Of a stretch of 64,000 bases of DNA, positions 34,266 to 45,018 are shown in pieces. Position 1 is the first letter of the stretch, and each line of letters opens with the position of its first letter. The notes below the pieces were generated by a model. That model had not been told where the DNA came from and made no database searches. It saw only the letters and a program-made list of their open reading frames with translations. Source of the DNA: Spirochaetia bacterium (GTDB lineage: Bacteria > Spirochaetota > Spirochaetia > UBA9216); contig OZ223272.1 of the NCBI GenBank assembly GCA_965140585.1, positions 128,001 through 192,000 of the forward strand. Direction: 5' to 3'. A program made the translations under genes and the position numbers.

Positions 34266-37229
34266 TTACAGAGGTAACTGCTGACGGTTTTCCTTTATCT
34301 CATCACCGAACTCGGCAGCAAGTTCATTTATTACAGAATCAGGACCCATCACTACTGTAACCGAACCCTTCATATTTTCTTTCAGCCTGATAGCGGCATC
34401 CATAATATCCTCGGTAGTGGTACCAAGCATGGCCTCTCTCTTCTGCTGACGCAGTTCGTCGGTTATGCTATAGAGTTCCCGCCTGAAACCGATGAGGCTC
34501 TGCTCTCCCGGGCTCAGGGGTTTTGCATCCTTACCGACGACTGTAATGATAGCTTTCTTCAGGTCTTTGTACTTGTACCGTCCGGAAATTGCCGAATCAA
34601 AGGCTGCCCTGGTTGCATTGATATTCTTTCCGGGGGCAGGGTCCCTGTAAGTAGACAGGGTAAACAGACCTTCGGTTCCGTTTACCGCGGCATATACACC
34701 GTAAGCGCCGTTTTTCATCCGTACCTCTTCCCAGAGATAGTTTGTTTTAAGTAGATGTCCGAGCAGGGTTTCGTGGGAATGTTCTTCGGTTCCAAGCTTT
34801 GAGCACGGAAAGGCCGCCGCTGTGTAGCAGATTGATGAAGGAACCGCAAGTGAAGCCATAGAAAAAGCCGGTTCATTTTTAAGCGGGGTTCCGGCAGCCT
34901 TACGCTGACGGACAGATTCACGGCCGTCAATTTTCTTCAGAAAATCAACTATCCCATCTTTTACCATGCCGACGGAACCCTCTTCACAGGTAATATTGAA
35001 TGAGATTCTTCCCGGAGCAAAGAGTTCATCTCTGATTTCAAGCAGTTTTTTACCTATCTGGGGAATCGATTTTTCAAGATCTGCGGCCAGACCGTTTATG
35101 TAGAGATACTGCCTTGTTCCACGCCATTCATCCTCACGTTCAAGAACCCGGTCAAACTCGGCGCCTGCTTTAACAGCACAGAATGAATGCCCGGCAGGAA
35201 TAATGCTTGATTTGAAATCGTTCTTCATCTCAAGCAGCAGGTCTTTAATCCTGGTTTCATCTCCGATGAGGGATTTCAGAAAAAGATCAGATGTAAGTTT
35301 CATTGCCTCATCAAAATCAGATTCAAGAGCTTTCAGCCTGAAAAAGAGGTAATCTTTTCTTTTCGGATCTTTCCCTGCTGTCCGGCTTGACTCCAGGAAG
35401 GTATACAGCCCCCCGGTAATCATTGAAAGCTTGACAGCGACCTCGTCATAGGTCATATCAGGCAGCGCCGATGAGCATATCATCCTGCTGAAGAAGGGTA
35501 GAAGCATTCCGTCTTCGTCCTCGATATCCCGTACATCAATTGCCAGATCGAGGTAGACAATTCCGTTTGTAAAAAGCTTATGGGAATAAAGCGGAACTCC
35601 GCTGAAGGTCTCCTGATCGGTTTTTATTTTCCGTATTTCAAGCGGAAGGTCTTCGAGATCGAGGGTGGGAATCAGATCCGCATTTTTATCATCAGGCTGT
35701 TCCTGAAAGTTCTGAAATGATTCAAGTTTTTCATCCTGGGAGGAGGCTTCTTCAGCAGTATAGGAGCCTCTCCGCTTCTCAACAGCTGCCTCGATATCAC
35801 TGTCCATACGGCTGTTATGTCCGGCATCCGGAACAACTGAAAGAGTAATTCTGTTGGGATTGTCGATGAACCAGGTCTTGAGCATCCTGCTGAAATAGGC
35901 GCTGTCATCAGCTATTCTTCGCTTAAGTTCCTCCATACTCGATTCATAAACCATTGTATGTGAGGGAGAAGCCTCATGAAGCCAGCCCTTAAGCGAACGG
36001 CCCATCAGTCTGAGGCCGAAAGGGGCTCCGCCCTTTATCTCGCGGTTTCTGAACTCAACCTTGTGAATTGCTCCAGTGAGCGAATCAGCGGGAATACCGT
36101 TTGCGGCCATGTCCTCAAGCAGATCCATGATCAGCTTTTCAAAATCCTCCCTTGATTCGGCTTTTGCACCGCGTATTCCTATGGAAAAAACTATCTCGCG
36201 CAGATCGGTTTCAATTCCGCTCACTGGGCTAAGATCCTCTCCGAGTCCGGATTCAACAACGGCCTTGTAGACCGGAGCTCCCATGTTTCCAAGAAGCGCT
36301 TCGGCAAGGACCTCAAAGGCAAGGATGTTTATGGGTTCACCCACACCCGCTGTTTTCCAGTTCATGGTTATTGTGGCAAGATCGTCACCTTCACCCTCCT
36401 CATCAAAAGGACAGGTGATTGTTTCAACCACAGGAGCGGACCAGCCCGGCTGCAGATTAAGCTCCTCTGCCGGTTCCGCCTTTGCTGTGAAATCACTGAG
36501 AAAGTTTTCTTCAATGAAAGCCAGCTGCTTGTCGGTATCTATATCGCCGTAAAGGAAGATCCGGCAGTTTGAAGGATGATAGTAACGTTTGTGAAAGGCG
36601 ACAAAGGCCTCATATGTAAGCGATGGTATAGCCGATGGCTCTCCGCCGCTGTCGAAGCGGTAGGGAGTATCGGGGAAAAGCTTCCGGTATGAATACTCGG
36701 AAGCAATTGAGTCATGGTTTGAGTAAGCGCCCTTCATCTCGTTGAATACAACGCCCTGCGGCAGTATGCCTCCGTTTCCGTCCTTTTCAAAGCGGATCCC
36801 TTCCTGCATAAAAATTTCCTCTTTCAGCAGCGGAAAGAAAACGGCGTCTCCGTAGACACTCATCAAGTTGAAGTAGTCGCGTTCAACAGTTGATGCCGCC
36901 GGGAAGACAGTCTTATCGGGATAAGTCATCGCGTTGAGAAAGGTGTTCATGCTTCCGTTCATCATCGCAAGGAAGGGGTCCTTTATCGGATACTTCCTAG
37001 AGCCGCTTAGAACACAGTGCTCAAGAATGTGGGGAAGCCCGGTATCATCATAGGGCGGAGTCTTGAAAATGAAGGAGAAAAGATTCTCCTTATCGTCATT
37101 CATTACATGGTACAGGTCCAGGCCTGTCTTTTCATGTGTGAAGCGGAAACCTTTACCTTTGTATTCAGGAAGGTCATCAATCTCTGTTGATATAAATCCG
37201 TGGTGTTTTTCTCCGATTCTGTACATCAA
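34266..37229 (-). CDS. M16C presequence-protease-like peptidase (insulinase family)
   Basis: HILEH, FLNAMT, VFNEMKG, YYHPSN, GAYG, YRDP. Confidence 0.93.
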   Translation of the reverse strand: MMYRIGEKHHGFISTEIDDLPEYKGKGFRFTHEKTGLDLYHVMNDDKENLFSFIFKTPPYDDTGLPHILEHCVLSGSRKYPIKDPFLAMMNGSMNTFLNAMTYPDKTVFPAASTVERDYFNLMSVYGDAVFFPLLKEEIFMQEGIRFEKDGNGGILPQGVVFNEMKGAYSNHDSIASEYSYRKLFPDTPYRFDSGGEPSAIPSLTYEAFVAFHKRYYHPSNCRIFLYGDIDTDKQLAFIEENFLSDFTAKAEPAEELNLQPGWSAPVVETITCPFDEEGEGDDLATITMNWKTAGVGEPINILAFEVLAEALLGNMGAPVYKAVVESGLGEDLSPVSGIETDLREIVFSIGIRGAKAESREDFEKLIMDLLEDMAANGIPADSLTGAIHKVEFRNREIKGGAPFGLRLMGRSLKGWLHEASPSHTMVYESSMEELKRRIADDSAYFSRMLKTWFIDNPNRITLSVVPDAGHNSRMDSDIEAAVEKRRGSYTAEEASSQDEKLESFQNFQEQPDDKNADLIPTLDLEDLPLEIRKIKTDQETFSGVPLYSHKLFTNGIVYLDLAIDVRDIEDEDGMLLPFFSRMICSSALPDMTYDEVAVKLSMITGGLYTFLESSRTAGKDPKRKDYLFFRLKALESDFDEAMKLTSDLFLKSLIGDETRIKDLLLEMKNDFKSSIIPAGHSFCAVKAGAEFDRVLEREDEWRGTRQYLYINGLAADLEKSIPQIGKKLLEIRDELFAPGRISFNITCEEGSVGMVKDGIVDFLKKIDGRESVRQRKAAGTPLKNEPAFSMASLAVPSSICYTAAAFPCSKLGTEEHSHETLLGHLLKTNYLWEEVRMKNGAYGVYAAVNGTEGLFTLSTYRDPAPGKNINATRAAFDSAISGRYKYKDLKKAIITVVGKDAKPLSPGEQSLIGFRRELYSITDELRQQKREAMLGTTTEDIMDAAIRLKENMKGSVTVVMGPDSVINELAAEFGDEIKENRQQLPL

Positions 37230-37236
37230 TATCTGT

Positions 37237-38169
37237 CTAACCTTTCTGTCCTATGTATTTTATCCGCTTCAGAAGAGCAGAGAACTTGTCTATATCGCAT
37301 TTTGTAATCACATCGGCATGACCGCCGAATTTTTCATCCTTTACTGAGGCTCCACGCCTCACATCGCTCTGATCGAGTATTATTCCAAGATTCATTTTTT
37401 CTGATTCTGTAACCGATGAAGGATCTATAACACAGGCCATGGCGAGCGGATCAGGAAAGGAGATAAGCCTCTTTCCGTAAACGCTTTCCTTGTAATCCAT
37501 GTAGAAGCTCTGGAGATCGAGAAAAAGCTGTCCTGCAGCGGATCCGCCCATATCAAGGGCATCAAATTCCTCTTCGGTGTAAATCATATCCATAACAGCA
37601 TCCCAGGTAAGGATGCTGACCGGAAGACCGGCAGAGAGACAGAAGGCGATTGCCTCCGGATCATAGGCGAAGTTAAACTCGGCATGGGGTGTCACATTCC
37701 CCGGACCGACGGCACCGCCCATCATCACTATTTCTCCAAGAAGGTCCTTCAGCTGCGGGTACAGATTAAGCGCTATGGCAATATTTGTAAGCGGCCCGAG
37801 GGTCACCAGGGTCATTCCCCTGTTTTCCTCCGCGGTTTTAAGCAGTCCTTCAACAGCATTCAGTGCATCAATGCTTTTTGCCGAAGCATCAAGCTTGACA
37901 TTACCAAGGCCGCTGGCTCCGTGTATATTATCTGATCGGATTTCGTTTCTGACAAATGGAAACGCAGCCCCTCTGAATACCGGAACATCGGTCCGGCCGG
38001 AAAACGAAAGAAGCCCGCATACGTTATTTACAACATTATCAAGGCTTGTATTGCCTGCAACACAGCTTATTCCGGCAACTTCAAGTTCCGGAGCCGCAAG
38101 AGCCATCATAATGGCTACAGCATCATCGATACCGCAATCGGTGTCTATAAAAACAGTTTTTTTCTGCAT
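37237..38169 (-). CDS. Nucleoside hydrolase (IU-NH family)
   Basis: DTDCGIDDA, HGASGLG, GPLTNIA, AEFNF..DPE. Confidence 0.92.
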   Translation of the reverse strand: MQKKTVFIDTDCGIDDAVAIMMALAAPELEVAGISCVAGNTSLDNVVNNVCGLLSFSGRTDVPVFRGAAFPFVRNEIRSDNIHGASGLGNVKLDASAKSIDALNAVEGLLKTAEENRGMTLVTLGPLTNIAIALNLYPQLKDLLGEIVMMGGAVGPGNVTPHAEFNFAYDPEAIAFCLSAGLPVSILTWDAVMDMIYTEEEFDALDMGGSAAGQLFLDLQSFYMDYKESVYGKRLISFPDPLAMACVIDPSSVTESEKMNLGIILDQSDVRRGASVKDEKFGGHADVITKCDIDKFSALLKRIKYIGQKG

Positions 38170-38172
38170 AAT

Positions 38173-40335
38173 CTATCCCTGGGGAACGCCCTTCATTGAA
38201 AGGGAGATCCTTTTCCTCTTTTCATCTACGGCAAGAACCTTAACCTGAACGTACTGGCCGACCTTTAGAATATCGGACGGGTTTTTTATAAAATGCTCCG
38301 ATATTTCACTGATGTGAACCAGTCCGTCCTGATGAACTCCGGTATCAACAAAGGCACCGAAGGCCGCAACGTTTGTAACTATACCGTTAACAACTATTCC
38401 CACCTTCAGATCGGACATCGTTTCAATACCCTCGCTGAAGCTGAAAAACCTGTATTCATCCCGCGGATCCCGTCCCGGCTTTTTAAGCTCGGCAATAATA
38501 TCGTTCACAGTGGGCAGACCGGCGCTTTCACTAATATAATCACGCGGTACAAGGGAATCAATTTTTTTAGGATCGTTCATAAGCTCTGCCACAGAACAGC
38601 CGCTGTTTTTAGCCATCTTCTCTACAATCGGGTAGCTTTCAGGGTGGACACCGCTTGAATCAAGTGGATTCTTACCATTGTTGATGCGCAGGAAGCCTGC
38701 CGCCTGCTGATAGACCTTATCGCCTACCCCGCCTACCTTCAGAAGCTGTTCACGTTCTTTAAAGCTTCCGGTCTTTTCACGGTTCTTTACGATTGCATCA
38801 GCAGTCTTTCTGCTGAGTCCGGAAACATACGAAAGCAGTTCGCTGCTGGCGGTATTCAGTTCAACACCAACGGAGTTAACGCATGATACAACTACATCAT
38901 CAAGCCCCTTCTTAAGAAGCTTTGAATCTACATCGTGCTGATACTGGCCGACCCCGATTGAACCCGGGTCGATCTTTACAAGCTCGGCAAGCGGATCCAT
39001 CAGGCGCCGCCCGATTGAGACGGCTCCCCGGACTGTAACGTCCTGGTCAGGAAACTCACGCCGTGCAGCCTCGGAGGCGGAATAAACAGAAGCGCCGCTT
39101 TCATTAACCGATTCTATAATCACCGTCGACCCGGCGAATACCGAGCGCAGAAAAGCCTCCGTCTCTCTTCCGCCTGTTCCGTTGCCGACAGCAACGACCT
39201 CAGTCTTATACTTTGAGGCCATGGACAGCAGCTTGCACTCGGCATCCGCTGTTTTATTGTGGGGCGGAAGGGGGTAAATGACATCATGCTCCAGAAGGGC
39301 TCCCTCTGCGCCGAGAACTACAACCTTGCAGCCTGTCCGAAGCCCCGGGTCGACAGCAATCATTCTCCTGGCCCCCAGTGGGGCTGCCATAAGAAGATTG
39401 CGCACGTTCTCGGCAAAGACCGAAACAGCCTCGGTATCGGCGCTCAGTTTGGCCGCTTTCTTTGTTTCAGTTTCAAGTGAGGGGGCAATAAGCCTGCCGT
39501 AGGCATCAGCCGAAGCCGCCCTGATAAAATCCGAACAGGCTGGGTTCTTACTCCCGTTCTGCTTTTGGATCGAGTCATGAAACTCACGGTTAATAATCTT
39601 CAGGGCGGGCTCTTCATCAGGCAGGATGTGCCATCGTAGAAAGCCCTCATCAGCCCCGCGCATTACAGCCAGAAAGCGGTGTGAAGGGATGCCTGAAACA
39701 CGCTGGGAAAAATCAAAATAGTCCTGGTATTTGGCCGCCTCTTCCTTTTTTTTCACTACAACCTGTGAACTTAGAACAGCATCGCGTTCAAAGAGTTCCC
39801 GAAGCTTTCCGCGGACGGCGCTGCTCTCGGATACTTTCTCGGCAATGATGTCGGATGCACCTGCAAGGGCCTCGTCTGCAGATTCAACCCCCTTTTCAGG
39901 GTTGATGAAAGCTTCAGCGTCCTTCGGCAGGCTGCAGCTGAATGACAGGATTGCCTCGGCAAGAGGAGTAAGCCCCTTCTCCGCCGCAACAGAGGCTCTG
40001 GTTTTCTTTTTCGGGCGGTAGGGAAGGTATAGATCTTCCAGTTCATTCAGAGTCATTACAGCATCAATGGCGGCGGCAAGCTCATCAGTCAGAAGCTCCC
40101 GTTCTTTCAGGGAGGAAAGAATTGCTTCACGTCTTTTTTCAAAGGCGGCAATTTCCTCAAGCCTGTCCCTGACCGCTATTATCTGAACCTCATCGAGGTT
40201 TCCTGTAGCCTCTTTTCTGTATCGTGCAATAAAGGGAACAGTCGCCCCCTCTTCAAGAAGTCCCGAAACTGCAATAACGCCCCTGACGGGGACGCCGGTA
40301 TCGGCCGAAGCCTGCTTAAAATATCTGTCATCCAT
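38173..40335 (-). CDS. tex: Tex transcription accessory protein
   Basis: TVPFIARYRKE, DPGLRTGCK, GASVYSAS, IGVGQYQHD, C-terminal S1 domain. Confidence 0.95.
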   Translation of the reverse strand: MDDRYFKQASADTGVPVRGVIAVSGLLEEGATVPFIARYRKEATGNLDEVQIIAVRDRLEEIAAFEKRREAILSSLKERELLTDELAAAIDAVMTLNELEDLYLPYRPKKKTRASVAAEKGLTPLAEAILSFSCSLPKDAEAFINPEKGVESADEALAGASDIIAEKVSESSAVRGKLRELFERDAVLSSQVVVKKKEEAAKYQDYFDFSQRVSGIPSHRFLAVMRGADEGFLRWHILPDEEPALKIINREFHDSIQKQNGSKNPACSDFIRAASADAYGRLIAPSLETETKKAAKLSADTEAVSVFAENVRNLLMAAPLGARRMIAVDPGLRTGCKVVVLGAEGALLEHDVIYPLPPHNKTADAECKLLSMASKYKTEVVAVGNGTGGRETEAFLRSVFAGSTVIIESVNESGASVYSASEAARREFPDQDVTVRGAVSIGRRLMDPLAELVKIDPGSIGVGQYQHDVDSKLLKKGLDDVVVSCVNSVGVELNTASSELLSYVSGLSRKTADAIVKNREKTGSFKEREQLLKVGGVGDKVYQQAAGFLRINNGKNPLDSSGVHPESYPIVEKMAKNSGCSVAELMNDPKKIDSLVPRDYISESAGLPTVNDIIAELKKPGRDPRDEYRFFSFSEGIETMSDLKVGIVVNGIVTNVAAFGAFVDTGVHQDGLVHISEISEHFIKNPSDILKVGQYVQVKVLAVDEKRKRISLSMKGVPQG

Positions 40336-40383
40336 AGAGCAACATTAAAGCGCAGATGGTTGGAATTTGCAATAAGCGGGATT

Positions 40384-40434
40384 AAGAAGAAAAGCCTCTC
40401 TGACAGTCTGAATTTGAGCTTATCAGAGAGGCTT
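40384..40434 (-). terminator. Terminator of the nfeD-flotillin operon
   Basis: AAGCCTCTCTGA...TCAGAGAGGCTT with a U-rich tail on the minus strand. Confidence 0.6.
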
Positions 40435-40439
40435 GAAAT

Positions 40440-41729
40440 TTATTTTTTAATAGAAGAAACAGAAACGGAATTCTTACCGGTCAGTAATTCAGGTGATACC
40501 CCGAGACTGTCTCCCATAAGGTTTTTGATCAGTTCATTTTTTGTCATATCAACAGCATGGGGATGAATAGCGCTGATAGGCTGATGCCCGCCTTCCATTC
40601 CTGTAACGACAGATACATTATCAACATTAAAGAGAGTGAGAGTCTCGGCAAATGGCTGAATAAGCTTGCTGAAGTTCTCAATAAGATAGGCTGTAGCACC
40701 CTTTTCACCCTGTGAGGCAATAATATCTATAGTCTCTTTCAGCTGATCGATGACAGCCTGCTCTTCACCTCTAATTTCTGCAGACTTGATTTTTGCCTCA
40801 AGAATCATCTTTTCCTTCTCTGCAAGAGCAGGAGTAACAACCTCGGCCTCAAGCTTCTTTCTAAGCATCACTACACGCTCTTTTTCAGATTCGATCTTAG
40901 TTTTAAGACCGGCAACCTCCGCATCTGCGGCTTTCTGAACACCCTCGATACCGACCAGCCCGCGCTGTTCCTCCTCGGCAACCGCAACACGTGTTTCGGC
41001 AACCATGTTCTCATACATATTTGTGTATTTCCGGACTTCTATTTCAGTCCGGCGCTTTTCCTCTTCTTCAACCGATTTGGCCTGAGATTCAGCCTTTGCA
41101 ATTCTGGCCTGGCATTCGGCATATACAGTCTGGATACGTTTAAGAAGTGCAATGTAGAGTTCAGGATCTTCAACACCTTCAAGGCGGTGATCATCAACAT
41201 CTGCTATATTCATCGTTGCAATTTCAAGACCGATGTTTTCAAGATCAGTCTTACAGACATTTATCATGTTGGAAACAAGCTGATCCTTATCCTGCATAAC
41301 CTGTTCAGGGGTCATGGATGCAATTACATCCCTGAGGTGTCCCTCGATGATATCACTTGCAACCTCTTTAAGATTATCGGGATGATCTATCATTGAAAGC
41401 AGGCGTGTAACAGCCTTGTCCCGGCCCTGGGCGGATGATGCAATTGAAAAACTTACTGTAGCCTTAACATTCAACGGAACTACTCCGTCGGCAATAGAGG
41501 ACTTCACAACAACATCTATTGTATAAGGCATTAGATTTACAGTGGTATAGCGGTGAAAAAGCGGTATTATAAATGCCCGTCCACCCGAAAGAGTGGTAAA
41601 TCCGGCCTTGCCGCCCTTACCTGCAATAATACCAAGTTTATTTCCCCCGATGATCTTCATCCGTGTTATCAGCTGGATAAAAAGAGTGATAAGAATAAGT
41701 AATATCAGTGTAACGGTAAACAGCATCAT
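40440..41729 (-). CDS. Flotillin/SPFH-domain protein
   Basis: N-terminal TM, GG..F..P, EGHLRDVIASMTPE, AE-rich coiled coil. Confidence 0.85.
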   Translation of the reverse strand: MMLFTVTLILLILITLFIQLITRMKIIGGNKLGIIAGKGGKAGFTTLSGGRAFIIPLFHRYTTVNLMPYTIDVVVKSSIADGVVPLNVKATVSFSIASSAQGRDKAVTRLLSMIDHPDNLKEVASDIIEGHLRDVIASMTPEQVMQDKDQLVSNMINVCKTDLENIGLEIATMNIADVDDHRLEGVEDPELYIALLKRIQTVYAECQARIAKAESQAKSVEEEEKRRTEIEVRKYTNMYENMVAETRVAVAEEEQRGLVGIEGVQKAADAEVAGLKTKIESEKERVVMLRKKLEAEVVTPALAEKEKMILEAKIKSAEIRGEEQAVIDQLKETIDIIASQGEKGATAYLIENFSKLIQPFAETLTLFNVDNVSVVTGMEGGHQPISAIHPHAVDMTKNELIKNLMGDSLGVSPELLTGKNSVSVSSIKK

Positions 41730-43042
41730 TTTGCAGCCTCCTTTTTACCCATAAGTTCAGGTATATTGATTCCCATTCCCTCCTGAAAGTGTTTCAGAAA
41801 GGTAACAAAGGCGGCAGGACCGCGGTTAACTGCACCTGAAAATCCGGTTTTTTCATCCATAACCAGAAAATTGTTCACACCGGCTTTTCCTGCAGACTGC
41901 TTGTAGGCATCATAAAGAAAGGGAAGCTGATTCATGAACAGAACCATGTTTCCAACATCTCCGGCCTTCTTCAGCAGTTCAGTCTTCTGGCGCAGCATGG
42001 AGTTTCGGGTTCCCTCAACAATTCGAATTGCCTCGTTTTCTCCCTCAGCCAGGATTTCTGAGGCTTGACTCTTGGCTTCAGCATCAAGAACCACCTCGGT
42101 CTGGTTCCGCAGTTTCCTAAGCTCGACATGCTCGGACTGAACACGGGTCTGGCCCTCATTCTGGGCCTTCTCTATGCCGTTATCTGCAAGCAGCTTTTTC
42201 TCGACTATCAGGTTTTCACTCTCCTTCCTGTAGAGCTCAACCTTCTGCCGGGCCGCTATTATTGCTTCCTCTGCCTTTTTTCTGGCCAGGGTAATAATTC
42301 TGTTACTGTCCGATTCCGCCTGCTCAGCCTCGGCCTTCAGACGGGCTTCCTCTATAGCAACCTCTTTCTGCTTTGACGAAAGAGTTTTCTGAGCAAGGTT
42401 TGCTATATAGTTGGAGGTGTCCCAGATATTCTGAAAGGACACTGAAACGACCTTCATTCCGAAGGTTGACAGATCGCTGTCGATATCCCGCACAAGCTCT
42501 TCGCGGAACTCGGCTCTTGATCCCTCGGTATCGCTTGATTCGGGATCAGCATTCTTCATACCTATGGCCTCCTGCGGAGTTGCCTTGTTAAGCGCGCCAC
42601 GGAAATTTCCTATCAGGGTCCGCTGGATCTGTTCCTGAATCTCCTCACGGCTTTTACCCAGCAGTTTTTCGACAGCAGTGTAAACCATTGCACTGTCGTC
42701 GGTGTCAATACAGACACAAGCTGTCGCATCGGCGCCTACCGTAATACCGTTGGCGGAATTAACGCCCTCCACCCGTACGTTGATCGGGTAAATTCCCAAA
42801 TCAAGCTGTCTTGCCTCCTGAAAATACGGGACCACTGTGGTTCTTCCGCGGACAACGGAGAACCCGTAGGTCTTGCCGTCACGTCTACTTTTCCGCCCGT
42901 TGACTACAATCAGGATATGGGGCAGCGCCACCTTGATAAATGCCTTTAAGATCAGGATGAGCAGAAAAAATACAACAATCGCCGCTATTGCCGGAAATAT
43001 CGAACCGCCCCCCTGTCCAAGTAATTCAGTGATAATATCCAC
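41726..43042 (-). CDS. Flotillin/SPFH-domain protein (paralogue)
   Basis: N-terminal TM, LIGNFRGAL, IQ/QNIWD, AEAEQAE coiled coil. Confidence 0.85.
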   Translation of the reverse strand: MDIITELLGQGGGSIFPAIAAIVVFFLLILILKAFIKVALPHILIVVNGRKSRRDGKTYGFSVVRGRTTVVPYFQEARQLDLGIYPINVRVEGVNSANGITVGADATACVCIDTDDSAMVYTAVEKLLGKSREEIQEQIQRTLIGNFRGALNKATPQEAIGMKNADPESSDTEGSRAEFREELVRDIDSDLSTFGMKVVSVSFQNIWDTSNYIANLAQKTLSSKQKEVAIEEARLKAEAEQAESDSNRIITLARKKAEEAIIAARQKVELYRKESENLIVEKKLLADNGIEKAQNEGQTRVQSEHVELRKLRNQTEVVLDAEAKSQASEILAEGENEAIRIVEGTRNSMLRQKTELLKKAGDVGNMVLFMNQLPFLYDAYKQSAGKAGVNNFLVMDEKTGFSGAVNRGPAAFVTFLKHFQEGMGINIPELMGKKEAAK

Positions 43043-43063
43043 TTTTTGCCTCCTAAAGCTTCT

Positions 43064-43771
43064 TTATTCCTTCGCTGTATGAACGATAAGATCATCACCC
43101 GAAGAATCAACAACATAAACTATAGTCCCGGCCGGATAAACTGTTCCGGGATCCTTTCCGCGTGCGTAAAGGTCATGATAGCTGCCGCCGCTTTTTACAC
43201 GTATTCGGCCGAGCTTTCCCCTTGGTATGGTTACCAGCACTTCAGCCTGAGCCAGCATCAGCTCACCGGCCTTTACCTGTGAATCAAGGACATTCCGCTG
43301 AAGCCGCATCACAAACTTTACAATAATCAGTATTACGATTCCCGCGCCTGCACTCCAGAGGATTGTGCTTATAAAAGAGTGCCCCGTCAGGCTTCCGAAA
43401 ACTCCGACAGCCCCGAAACCGAGTGCGAAATATACAACGGATCTCAGAAAATTCAGAGCACTGTAAACCCACCTTCCGCTGCGGAGATCAGGCAGAAGAA
43501 CTCCGTCATCACTTGCGTCCAGGTCGCTGGAGTCATCATCGCCGGCATTGTATCCAATGCCTTCATCAGCACTTATATCGCCAATATCATCGCCGCTGTC
43601 GGCTGAAATATCTCCAGAATCATCCCCCGTAAAATCACTATCAGCACCGTCATCAGAGATGATATCGGAGATATCATCTCCGCTTCCATGATCCGAACCG
43701 ATAAGACCGAGCATATCAATTAAAATAACACCGAAACCGAAGATTAGCGCAAACAGATAAATACCGAACAT
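43064..43771 (-). CDS. NfeD/YqiJ-like membrane protein with acidic loop
   Basis: TMs, FGAVG, C-terminal OB fold (IP.G..G.I...G...YA), D/G/S-rich insert. Confidence 0.8.
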   Translation of the reverse strand: MFGIYLFALIFGFGVILIDMLGLIGSDHGSGDDISDIISDDGADSDFTGDDSGDISADSGDDIGDISADEGIGYNAGDDDSSDLDASDDGVLLPDLRSGRWVYSALNFLRSVVYFALGFGAVGVFGSLTGHSFISTILWSAGAGIVILIIVKFVMRLQRNVLDSQVKAGELMLAQAEVLVTIPRGKLGRIRVKSGGSYHDLYARGKDPGTVYPAGTIVYVVDSSGDDLIVHTAKE

Positions 43772-43804
43772 TTTTCAAACTCCTGCCAATTTTAATATTA
43801 ATAC

Positions 43805-43833
43805 ATGATATGAAATGAATTATTCACCGTCAA
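43805..43833 (-). promoter_or_regulatory. Sigma70-type promoter for the nfeD-flotillin operon
   Basis: TTGACG-N17-TATCAT. Confidence 0.55.
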
Positions 43834-43887
43834 TTGTATTTATTTATAGAGTATACAAGGACAGGAGAATTTTATTACAATTGATAT

Positions 43888-44949
43888 ATGGCCGGATTAG
43901 AAAAAAACATCAGCAGATATGAGCTTTTCAGACGACGTTCACAGCTCATCACAGCCATTAGAAATTTTTTAACAGAATCAGGCTATCTGGAGGCTGAAGT
44001 ACCTATCCTCGCCCCGTCCGTCATCCCGGAAGGTCCTATTGAACTTTTTAAAACGGAATACCGGAACCCATACGGAGTATCGAAGGATATGTACCTGCTT
44101 CCATCGCCTGAATACTATCTGAAACAGCTGATAGCCGACGGATGCGGTGACATTTTTAATATTTCAAAGTGTTTCAGAAACAGCGAACAGATAGGCCGCA
44201 TACACAATCCCGAGTTCTCTATGCTTGAGTACTACACTATGGAAGCTGATGCCGAAGATTCGATAAGAATTACCGAAAAGCTTTTTTCGAGGCTGCTTGA
44301 TTTTGTACAGGAGCAGTGGCCGGAGACTGTAAAAAAATCAGAATGGCTCCGTCCGCCCTTCACTAGAATTTCAATGACTGAAGCTTTTGAAAAACATGCG
44401 GCTCTTGATATAAGTGATTTCTGTACCGGAAAAATGAGTAAAGAAGAAGAGATTGCCGCCATGATTAGGGCTGCAGAAGGACTCGGCCTGAGCTGCAGCG
44501 GAGCTGGAAGTTCTGCTGAAAACTCTGATTACAGCTGGGAAGAGCTATTCAACCTGATATTTGTTCATTCTGTAGAGCCAAATCTTGATTCAGAAAGACC
44601 GCTTGTTCTTTATGACTACCCTTCAGGGATCCCGACACTTGCAAAACCATCTAAAATCCCCGGCCGCCTTCAGAGATGGGAACTCTATGCAGGAGGGGTC
44701 GAGCTTGCCAACTGCTACTCGGAAGAGACTGACTATGAGCGTGCTGTTGATTTTTTCAGAAAGGAAAACGAGGAGAAGCAGGCGGCTCTTGTATCGCTTA
44801 AAGCAGATGAATCATGGTGTGAAATCTTTAAAAAAGGGTTTCCCGACTGTTCAGGAGTGGCTCTTGGAATAGACCGCCTTATGATGCTTATACTTGATTC
44901 TTCATCGCTTGAGGGGGTGATTTTGTTCCCCTTTTCTGCTATAATTTAG
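43888..44949 (+). CDS. epmA: EF-P beta-lysine ligase
   Basis: LysRS catalytic domain without anticodon domain: SPEYYLK, FRNSE, HNPEFSMLE, ELAN, GVALGIDRL; adjacent to efp. Confidence 0.9.
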   Translation: MAGLEKNISRYELFRRRSQLITAIRNFLTESGYLEAEVPILAPSVIPEGPIELFKTEYRNPYGVSKDMYLLPSPEYYLKQLIADGCGDIFNISKCFRNSEQIGRIHNPEFSMLEYYTMEADAEDSIRITEKLFSRLLDFVQEQWPETVKKSEWLRPPFTRISMTEAFEKHAALDISDFCTGKMSKEEEIAAMIRAAEGLGLSCSGAGSSAENSDYSWEELFNLIFVHSVEPNLDSERPLVLYDYPSGIPTLAKPSKIPGRLQRWELYAGGVELANCYSEETDYERAVDFFRKENEEKQAALVSLKADESWCEIFKKGFPDCSGVALGIDRLMMLILDSSSLEGVILFPFSAII

Positions 44950-45018
44950 TTTACGGACATCGTTACAGCCTTATCTAACAGGCCTGCGCGGTGTCCTCTT
45001 AATTCTCTGAAAGGACAT

